Below, one piece after another: positions 7,777 to 14,496 of a DNA stretch of 15,188 nucleotides. The stretch is from assembly GCA_964247135.1 (NCBI GenBank), contig CAXTTL010000117.1, forward strand, positions 1-15,188, given 5' to 3'. The stretch is from an uncultured Deinococcales bacterium (lineage in GTDB: Bacteria > Deinococcota > Deinococci > Deinococcales > JAAFIG01). The notes under the pieces are model-generated. The model was not told the DNA's origin. It saw nothing but the letters and a program-made list of their open reading frames with translations, and did no database searches. Position 1 is the first letter of the stretch, and every line of letters starts with the position of its first letter. The position numbers and the translations under genes were made by a program.

Positions 7777-9303
7777 ATGAGTTTGGTCATCCTCGATTTT
7801 GGTTCTCAATTTACGCGTTTGATTGCGCGTCGTTTCCGTGAGTTAAATGCTTTCAGCGTGATCTTGCCAGGCAATGCCAGCCTGGAAGAAATTCAGTCGC
7901 ACAACCCTCAGGGCATCGTCCTTTCGGGGGGTCCCGCCAGCGTTTACGACGCCGACGCGCCCGTTCCAGCAGCGGGCGTCATGGCACTCGAGTTGCCAAT
8001 TTTGGGCATCTGTTACGGAATGCAGTATTTGGTGTTTGCCGGTGGCGGCAAAGTCGAACGGATTGGCACTCGAGAATACGGCAAAGCCGTGCTCGAGTCG
8101 TATTCCGGCGATTTGTTCGCGGGTGTGAGCGGCGAATTTGTCGCCTGGATGAGCCATTCGGACACGCCGACCAGTTTGCCCGAAGGTTATTTCGTCTCTG
8201 CCAGCACCAGCGACACGCCAGTCACCGGAATCGAAAATCCGAGCCTCAAACGTTACGGCATTCAATTTCACCCGGAGGTCGTGCACACGCCCAAAGGCGC
8301 GAAATTGCTCGAGAATTTCCTGGGCATCTGCAATATCACCCGCGACTGGACGCCCGCCCATATCCTCGAGAATCTGATTGCGGATGTCAAAGCCAAGGTT
8401 GGCACGGACAAAGTGCTGCTGGCGGTTTCAGGTGGTGTGGACTCGAGCACCCTGGCATTGCTCTTATCCAAAGCCATTGGCTCGCAACTCAGTGCGGTTT
8501 TTGTCGATCACGGTTTGCTGCGCCTTAACGAACGCCAAGAGGTCGAAAAGGCGCTGCGTCCACTGGGCGACGAAAACCTGATCACGCTCGACACCAAAAA
8601 AGAATTTTTCGCCGCGCTCGAGGGGGTCAGCGAACCCGAAGCCAAACGCAAAATTGTCGGACGAGAATTCATCCGCGCCTTCGAGCGCGAAGCCAGACGG
8701 CTCGCCTCGAGCGGCTTTAAGTGGCTGGCACAAGGAACCTTATACCCCGACGTGATCGAAAGTGCGGGTGGCACCGGCGCAGCCAACATCAAGAGCCATC
8801 ACAATGTCGGCGGGCTGCCCGACGACCTCGAGTTCAGCCTGCTCGAGCCTTTCCGAACGCTGTTTAAAGATGAAGTCCGCGAGATTGCCAAACTCCTCGG
8901 GCTGCCCGAAGAAATTCGCACGCGTCACCCGTTTCCAGGTCCTGGCTTAAGCATTCGCGTGCTGGGCGAAGTCACTCCAGAAAAAGTTGACATCTTGCAG
9001 CGCGTGGACAATATTTTTATCTCGAGTTTGCGCGAATTTAACTTGTACCACGAGGTTGCCCAAGCCCTGGCGGTGTTGACGCCCGTTCAAAGCGTCGGCG
9101 TCATGGGCGACTACCGCACGTACTCGTACTTGGTGGCGCTCCGAGCCGTGACCAGCGCCGATTTCATGACCGCCGATTGGGCGAGGTTGCCCCAAGATTT
9201 TCTCGAGGTCGTGGCAAACCGAATTGTCAACCTTGTCCCAGAAGTCAACCGTGTGGTGTATGACATCACCAGCAAGCCTCCAGCCACGATTGAATGGGAA
9301 TAA
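7777..9303 (+). CDS. guaA: GMP synthase (glutamine-hydrolysing)
   Basis: '[15 protein letters not shown]', '[10 protein letters not shown]', 'QFHPEV', 'SGGVDSS', '[11 protein letters not shown]', 'RHPFPGPGL', '[16 protein letters not shown]'. Confidence 0.99.
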   Translation: MSLVILDFGSQFTRLIARRFRELNAFSVILPGNASLEEIQSHNPQGIVLSGGPASVYDADAPVPAAGVMALELPILGICYGMQYLVFAGGGKVERIGTREYGKAVLESYSGDLFAGVSGEFVAWMSHSDTPTSLPEGYFVSASTSDTPVTGIENPSLKRYGIQFHPEVVHTPKGAKLLENFLGICNITRDWTPAHILENLIADVKAKVGTDKVLLAVSGGVDSSTLALLLSKAIGSQLSAVFVDHGLLRLNERQEVEKALRPLGDENLITLDTKKEFFAALEGVSEPEAKRKIVGREFIRAFEREARRLASSGFKWLAQGTLYPDVIESAGGTGAANIKSHHNVGGLPDDLEFSLLEPFRTLFKDEVREIAKLLGLPEEIRTRHPFPGPGLSIRVLGEVTPEKVDILQRVDNIFISSLREFNLYHEVAQALAVLTPVQSVGVMGDYRTYSYLVALRAVTSADFMTADWARLPQDFLEVVANRIVNLVPEVNRVVYDITSKPPATIEWE

Positions 9304-9337
9304 AATTCGAGCGGTTTTTTAGTTGAAACTCGAGCGT

Positions 9338-9370
9338 AAAAAAAGACCACCGATTTTAGGTGGTCTTTTT
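9338..9370. terminator. Bidirectional intrinsic terminator between guaA and the PEGA gene
   Basis: AAAAAGACCACC (9340-9351), loop GATTTTA, GGTGGTCTTTTT (9359-9370), between convergent stop codons. Confidence 0.88.
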
Positions 9371-9388
9371 GGGTTTTGATGCTCGAGA

Positions 9389-9826
9389 TTAATGCTGTAA
9401 ATGACTTGGGATCAACTTTGTTGCCCAGTTTGGCAACGGATCGTTGTTCATCAGTGACGGTGTAAGGTCAACATTTACTTGTGTCGTATCAAATTCGTAC
9501 CACGCGCCGGTGGCGGCATCGATCACGACGGGAAACAAGCCGCCCAAAATGTCCAAGACAATCCAAAGCGTGCCGACATGGTTGTTCAAGACAATGTTTT
9601 GATCTTTTCGCCCCGCGAGGCGAATGGTGATGTTGTAGCTGCGATTGGTTCGCAATGAGATTTTTGCGGGTGTCGTTCCCAACACGTTTCCGTCAACCAG
9701 AATTTGTGCACCTTGCGGATTGGAATTGATAAAGACACCCTGCGAGTCACCTTTAAAAATCAAGGCACAACTCGAAGTTGATGCGATCAAGGCGATGAGT
9801 GCGACGAACATCAACAGTTTTTTCAT
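9389..9826 (-). CDS. PEGA-domain-containing putative lipoprotein
   Basis: Signal peptide ending TSS|C (lipobox-like), PEGA signature 'INSNPQGAQILVDGNVLGTTP', and C-terminal hydrophobic 'LWIVLDILGGLFPVVIDAATGAWY'. SD GAGGGGG upstream. Confidence 0.8.
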   Translation of the reverse strand: MKKLLMFVALIALIASTSSCALIFKGDSQGVFINSNPQGAQILVDGNVLGTTPAKISLRTNRSYNITIRLAGRKDQNIVLNNHVGTLWIVLDILGGLFPVVIDAATGAWYEFDTTQVNVDLTPSLMNNDPLPNWATKLIPSHLQH

Positions 9827-9856
9827 AATAGCCCCCTCGAGCTGCTGCTCGAGATG

Positions 9857-9865
9857 AGTATAGCA
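9857..9865 (-). promoter_or_regulatory. Extended -10 promoter of the PEGA gene
   Basis: Minus-strand TGc-TATACT about 30 nt upstream of ATG 9826. Confidence 0.55.
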
Positions 9866-9954
9866 ATGGGTTTGGGTTAGATGTAAAAACCCTCAAAAAA
9901 ATCTTTTGGAAACGCAATTTTTGTACTTTGGTTTTTGATGCTCGAGTCAACATC

Positions 9955-9989
9955 AAAAGTTCCAAACCCGAGCCTCGAGTTTGGAACTT
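9955..9989 (-). terminator. Probable terminator of the rimP-nusA-ylxR-infB operon
   Basis: Minus-strand AAGTTCCAAACTCG-AGGCT-CGGGTTTGGAACTT (one G-U pair) ending in a short U run, 22 nt after the infB stop. Confidence 0.65.
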
Positions 9990-10011
9990 AGGTTTTTTAA
10001 GCTGTACGGCT

Positions 10012-11871
10012 CTAAGCTTTGACTTCAACCGTTTCGGTGACCACAATCAAATCGCCAATTTCAAATTCGTCAAAATTGGAAACATTGATACCACACTCGA
10101 AACCAGTTAAAACTTCCCGTACATCGTCCTTGAAGCGCTTCAGACCAGAAATCTGACCTTTGGCAACCTCTTTGCCCTTGCGCATGACGCTGGCTTTGCC
10201 CGAACGCATGATCTTGCCCTCGAGCACATACGAACCGGCAATGTTGCCGCCCGCTTTGGGCACTTTGATGATCTGCCTGACTTCGGCGCGACCGACAAAT
10301 TTGTCTTCAAACACGGGTTCGATGGTGCCGCGAATCATTTTTTTGACTTCGTCGATCATTTCGTAAATGATGCGGTAGGTCTTGATTTCAACTTTTTTGT
10401 TGTCGGCAATTTTTTGCACACCAGCCGATGGCGTGACCGAAAAGCCCATGATTTTGGTGTCAACCGCCGTCGAAGCCAAAAGCACGTCGCCCTCGGTTGG
10501 AGCGCCGATGCCCGCGAACAAAATATGCACCTCGACATCGTCGTTGTTCTCGCGCAACAAAATGCCCTCGAGCGCCTCGAGCGAACCTTGGGTATCGGCA
10601 CGCAAGATCAAATTGACCTGGCGTTTTTCGACTTTGACCTCGCCGACCTTGCCCAGCAAATCCTCGATGCTCATGCCAGCCGCAGCGCCCTTGCCTTGCC
10701 CGACGGCTGCCTCGCGCTCGGCGTCGTCGGCGGCATCGACACGGGTTTCTTTGCGACCCGCAATGATTTCCCTGGCATCGTGTTCGTTTTTGGCTCGCTT
10801 CACGAGTTCACCCGCGATAGGGGTTTGCGAGAAACCCAGCACTTGCACCGCCACACCAGGTTTGGCGCTGGTGATGCGGTTGCCGAAGCTGTCGGTCATG
10901 GCGCGAACCTTGCCGTACAATTCGCCGACCACCAAGAAATCGCTGACCTCGAGCGTTCCGCCCTGCACCAACACGGTGGCGAGGACTCCCGCCTGCTTGT
11001 CCACTTTGGCTTCAATAATCACACCAGCCAGTTCGCCGTCGGGATCGGCGCGTAAATCCTCTAGTTCGGCGACCAAACTGAGATTCTCGAGCAGATCGTC
11101 CACGCCCTGTCCGGTGCGGGCGCTGATCTGCACCACAATCGTGTCGCCGCCGTAAGCCTCTGGAATCAATGTGGCGTTGGTGAGGTCTTGCATGACCTTG
11201 TCGGGGTTGACGCCCGCAATGTCAATTTTATTGATGGCAACTACAATTGGCACTTTGGCGGCTTTGGCGTGCGCAATGGCTTCTCGGGTTTGCGGCATGA
11301 TGCTGTCGTCGGCGGCGACCACAATCACGGCGATGTCAGCCACCTGGGCACCTCGAGCGCGAATGCTGGTAAACGCTTCGTGCCCTGGTGTATCAATGAA
11401 CACGATCTTGCCTCGAGGCGTGTTCGCCTCGAACGCGCCGACGTGCTGCGTAATGCCGCCCGCCTCTTTGCCAGCAATGTTGGAATTGCGAATGTAATCG
11501 AGCAAACTGGTTTTACCGTGATCGACGTGACCCATGATCGTGACTACAGGCGGACGGTGCGGGATTTCTTTGGCGGGTTTGACAGGCTCAGTCTTGACCG
11601 TCTCAGTCTTGACCAGTTCTGGCTCGCTTGAATCCGTGACACTCGAGCTTGGAGCTGGTTTCTCACGATCTGAATCGACTGGCGATCCAACAACGCTGGC
11701 ACCGCTTTTTAACTCATCTTCGACCAGACCCTTCACAATTTCTGCCGTGTCATCATCAATGGTGCTCGAGGCGGTCTTGGCATCGACGCCCATTCCGTGC
11801 AACAACTCGAGCATTCGTTTACTTTCAATGCCAAGTTCTTTGGCAAGCGCATGAATTCGTACTTTCGACAT
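10012..11871 (-). CDS. infB: Translation initiation factor IF-2 (short form)
   Basis: IF2_N 'KVRIHALAKELG', G-domain 'RPPVVTIMGHVDHGKTSLLDYIR', 'DTPGHEAF', 'NKID', C-terminal 'LKRFKDDVREV..GFECGI'. SD GGAGG at 11877-11881. Confidence 0.99.
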   Translation of the reverse strand: MSKVRIHALAKELGIESKRMLELLHGMGVDAKTASSTIDDDTAEIVKGLVEDELKSGASVVGSPVDSDREKPAPSSSVTDSSEPELVKTETVKTEPVKPAKEIPHRPPVVTIMGHVDHGKTSLLDYIRNSNIAGKEAGGITQHVGAFEANTPRGKIVFIDTPGHEAFTSIRARGAQVADIAVIVVAADDSIMPQTREAIAHAKAAKVPIVVAINKIDIAGVNPDKVMQDLTNATLIPEAYGGDTIVVQISARTGQGVDDLLENLSLVAELEDLRADPDGELAGVIIEAKVDKQAGVLATVLVQGGTLEVSDFLVVGELYGKVRAMTDSFGNRITSAKPGVAVQVLGFSQTPIAGELVKRAKNEHDAREIIAGRKETRVDAADDAEREAAVGQGKGAAAGMSIEDLLGKVGEVKVEKRQVNLILRADTQGSLEALEGILLRENNDDVEVHILFAGIGAPTEGDVLLASTAVDTKIMGFSVTPSAGVQKIADNKKVEIKTYRIIYEMIDEVKKMIRGTIEPVFEDKFVGRAEVRQIIKVPKAGGNIAGSYVLEGKIMRSGKASVMRKGKEVAKGQISGLKRFKDDVREVLTGFECGINVSNFDEFEIGDLIVVTETVEVKA

Positions 11872-11889
11872 CCGAACCTCCGAGGGCTT

Positions 11890-12237
11890 TTAACCCTGAA
11901 TAACTTGAGTGACTGAATTTATCTCATAAGCGGGTTTGCTTTCTTGAGAATGATTTTTTTGCCATACCTGAAGTGCTTCAACCAATTTTGAAGCCTCGCC
12001 TCGAGCAAACTTTCCCAAACCTTTGATGCCCATGCACTCGAGTTTGTCTTTGCAGACGTACCAACCGCGTCCCTCGAGTTTGCGAAATGTATCGGGTTCC
12101 AAACCGTTTGGTCCTTTGGCAATCCGAAGCAATTCGGCTTGAGGTCGTCTCGCTCGGCACGCCACGCAAGTCCGCACCGGAATTCGTTTTCCAGTCGCGT
12201 CGTGTTGTTTGTGTGGCGCTCGAACGTTGCGACCCAT
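11890..12237 (-). CDS. ylxR: YlxR/DUF448 family RNA-binding protein (RnpM-like)
   Basis: 'PVRTCVACR......ELLRI', 'GRGWYVC....C', and its conserved position between nusA and infB. Confidence 0.9.
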   Translation of the reverse strand: MGRNVRAPHKQHDATGKRIPVRTCVACRARRPQAELLRIAKGPNGLEPDTFRKLEGRGWYVCKDKLECMGIKGLGKFARGEASKLVEALQVWQKNHSQESKPAYEINSVTQVIQG

Positions 12238-12239
12238 GA

Positions 12240-13433
12240 TTATTCCTTTTGACCCTCGGCTCGAGCGTCGATCACTTCGCCGTCCGGCGTGGCGCTGAAC
12301 AGCGCCGCGAACTTGTCGGCGGCGGCACTCGGACGCGCCGTTGCGCCCCCGTCCTCGGCGGCGTCGCGCATGGCGGCGTCGAGGTCTGAAACGCTGGCGC
12401 TCTCTTGCAGGTCAATTTTAAAGCCAGTCAGTTTCGCCGCCAGACGCACGTTTTGACCGCCCTTGCCGATTGCCAGCGACAACTGATCGCTGGTCACCGT
12501 GACGGTGGCTTCCTTGCCGTCCACGTCAACCTCAATGCTGCCAACTTTGGCTGGCGAGAGCGAGTTCTTGATGAATTCCCTGGGGTTGGCGTCCCACTGA
12601 ATCACGTCCACGCGCTCGCGCCCAATTTCGCTGGTGACGGCTTGAATGCGGTTGCCACGATGACCGATGCAGGCACCAATCGGGTCAACATTCGAGTTTC
12701 TCGAGAAAACCGCGATTTTGCTGCGCTGCCCCGCCTCACGCGCGATGGCTTTGATTTCCACCGTGCCGTCATTCACTTCAGGCACTTCTTGCTTCAACAG
12801 GTGCAACAGCAGTTCTGGCGCGGCTCGAGATGCCAAAATGCTCGGACCTCGGTTGCCCATCTCCACGGTTTTCAAATACACCTTGGTTCTCGAGCCTGAA
12901 GCCAGCCGCTCGCCAGGAATTTGTTCTTTCGGCGGCATGATCGCCTCGCCGCGCCCGAGTTCGACAAAGGTGTTGCCCTTGTTGTCCTGACGGGCGACCT
13001 GCGCCGTAATGACCTCGCCCTGACGGTCCTTGTACTCGTTGTAAACAATGTTGCGCTCCGCCTCGCGCATTTTTTGCGTGACCACTTGCTTGGTGGTCTG
13101 AATGGCGATACGGCTGAACGACTCGGGCGGCACCGGAAATTCCATCTCCATGCCCAACTCCACACTCGGGTCAAGCTCGAGCGCATCGGCAAGTGAGATT
13201 TGCTTGTCGGCATCCTCGACCTTTTCGACCACCTCACGAATGATCAAAACCTCGAGTTCGCCCTTTTCGGCGTCAAGGTGAACCTCGACGCGCTTGTCAG
13301 GTTCGACGTTGCGCGTGTACGCCTGTTGCAGCGCCTCTTCAAATGCCGTGATGAGCTGCATTTTGTCCATCCCTCGAGCCACCGCGATTTCCTCGAGCGC
13401 ACTGACAAATTCTCTCTGCTGGTCTTTGTTCAT
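12240..13433 (-). CDS. nusA: Transcription termination/antitermination factor NusA
   Basis: 'FSRIAIQTTKQVVTQKMREAER', S1 domain, KH domains 'AREAGQRSKIAV', 'DPIGACIG.RG.RIQAV..E', 'QLSLAIGKGGQNVRLAAKLTG'. Confidence 0.99.
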   Translation of the reverse strand: MNKDQQREFVSALEEIAVARGMDKMQLITAFEEALQQAYTRNVEPDKRVEVHLDAEKGELEVLIIREVVEKVEDADKQISLADALELDPSVELGMEMEFPVPPESFSRIAIQTTKQVVTQKMREAERNIVYNEYKDRQGEVITAQVARQDNKGNTFVELGRGEAIMPPKEQIPGERLASGSRTKVYLKTVEMGNRGPSILASRAAPELLLHLLKQEVPEVNDGTVEIKAIAREAGQRSKIAVFSRNSNVDPIGACIGHRGNRIQAVTSEIGRERVDVIQWDANPREFIKNSLSPAKVGSIEVDVDGKEATVTVTSDQLSLAIGKGGQNVRLAAKLTGFKIDLQESASVSDLDAAMRDAAEDGGATARPSAAADKFAALFSATPDGEVIDARAEGQKE

Positions 13434-13448
13434 ACAAACTCCTCAACT

Positions 13449-13895
13449 TTAACGATGCGAATCTGGCCACTCCGCCAAAAATGCGCGAATTCCTGCTATC
13501 GGCACGGTTTCGATCACGCCACCATCCAACTCGAGCGTCACACTGTCTGGCGTGACCGCCACGATTTTGCCAATGATTGAAGCATCCATGCGTTTGACCT
13601 TGATTTTCAAACCTGTGTGCCGTTCAAAATGCCGTACCGTAATGAGCGGTCGCTTCGGACCTGGCGACTCGAGATCGAGCTTGTACTCGCCCTGAATTGG
13701 GTCCAGATGGTCGAGTTCCAAGCCCAGCACGTTAGAAGCCCGCGTCAGGTCATCCACCGTGACTGGCGTTTCATCAATCCGATCAATCCGCACAATCAAC
13801 GACGTGCTGACCCGTCCACTCGAGACGATCACTTCCAAAACCTCATAGCCGAGCGGCTCGAGCACATCGCGGGCAATGTCTTCCAATGCGTTCAT
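13449..13895 (-). CDS. rimP: Ribosome maturation factor RimP
   Basis: 'VTVDDLTRAS......LD..DPI.GEYKLDLESPG..RPL....HF'. SD GGAGG at 13900-13904 selects ATG 13895 rather than the ORF-track start at 14063. First gene of the nusA operon. Confidence 0.95.
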   Translation of the reverse strand: MNALEDIARDVLEPLGYEVLEVIVSSGRVSTSLIVRIDRIDETPVTVDDLTRASNVLGLELDHLDPIQGEYKLDLESPGPKRPLITVRHFERHTGLKIKVKRMDASIIGKIVAVTPDSVTLELDGGVIETVPIAGIRAFLAEWPDSHR

Positions 13896-13964
13896 TTCAC
13901 CTCCAATTGACTGCTCGAGGTTTTCAAACCCGAGCCTAGAAACCTTCCCATCGAGGCTTTTTCC

Positions 13965-13997
13965 ATAAGAACGGGGCGGGTTCAAAAACCCGCCCCG
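13965..13997 (-). terminator. rimP leader hairpin / attenuator-like weak terminator
   Basis: Perfect 11-bp stem CGGGGCGGGTT (13972-13982) / AACCCGCCCCG (13987-13997) with a 4-nt loop, followed on the minus strand by the imperfect U tract TTCTTAT. It lies between the promoter and the rimP start. Confidence 0.7.
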
Positions 13998-14027
13998 GCT
14001 CAAAGTCGAGGGAACAACAACAGCGGT

Positions 14028-14056
14028 AGTATACAACTTGAACCGTTTATACTCAA
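14028..14056 (-). promoter_or_regulatory. Sigma-70-type promoter of the rimP-nusA operon
   Basis: Minus-strand TTGAGT (14051-14056), a 17-nt spacer, TATACT (14028-14033). Confidence 0.75.
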
Positions 14057-14102
14057 GGGGCATTCAAAAAAGCTCGGGAAAACACTTTAAGGAGAAGCCA
14101 TC

Positions 14103-14489
14103 ATGCGATTTGAACACACCGCCTACAACGTTCCAGAACCCGTAGCCCAAGTCAAATGGTACGTCGAACATGTTGGCATGAAAATCCTGCGCGAGAACCT
14201 AACCGCGCCGTTCATTCACTTCATTTCAGACAGCGAAAACCGCTTGACGCTCGAGTTTTACCACAACCCAAACGGACAGATTCCAAATTACTGGGACATC
14301 AGCGTTTGGACGCAACACATTGCATTCACCTCGAGCGATATTGCCGCCGACATTGCCAGGCTCGAGGCGGCAGGTGGGAAGCAAGAAGGCGAAGCCGTCC
14401 ATTTTCCGAATGGCGATTCGGTGGTGTTCGTGCGTGACCCTTGGGGGTTGACGCTGCAACTGGTGTACCGAAGCGCACCTTTGTTTTAA
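14103..14489 (+). CDS. VOC (glyoxalase/bleomycin resistance/dioxygenase) family protein
   Basis: 'FEHTAYNVPE......WY.EH.GM', 'LEFY', 'QHIAF...DI.A...RL.AAG', 'FVRDPWG..LQL'. SD AAGGAG at 14089-14094. Confidence 0.92.
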   Translation: MRFEHTAYNVPEPVAQVKWYVEHVGMKILRENLTAPFIHFISDSENRLTLEFYHNPNGQIPNYWDISVWTQHIAFTSSDIAADIARLEAAGGKQEGEAVHFPNGDSVVFVRDPWGLTLQLVYRSAPLF

Positions 14490-14496
14490 GACACGT

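Larger units (their letters stand above)
2792..9946. repeat. Dispersed intergenic 14-mer CTCGAGCATCAAAA / TTTTGATGCTCGAG (4 exact copies plus 1 partial)
   Basis: Exact copies at 2792-2805 (+), 2824-2837 (-), 9374-9387 (-) and 9933-9946 (-). Partial copy TGATGCTCGAG at 2809-2819. All lie downstream of stop codons. Confidence 0.85.

Noticed and set aside
11587-11614. Direct repeat CTCAGTCTTGACC x2 (15-bp period) in infB
   Set aside because: An in-frame micro-duplication (VKTET/VKTEP) in the variable linker of IF2, which is ordinary.
10012-11871. Short IF2 and absence of rbfA/ylxQ in the operon
   Set aside because: A short IF2 is normal for Deinococcus-Thermus, all core motifs are intact, and operon content varies by lineage. 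It is not a pseudogene.
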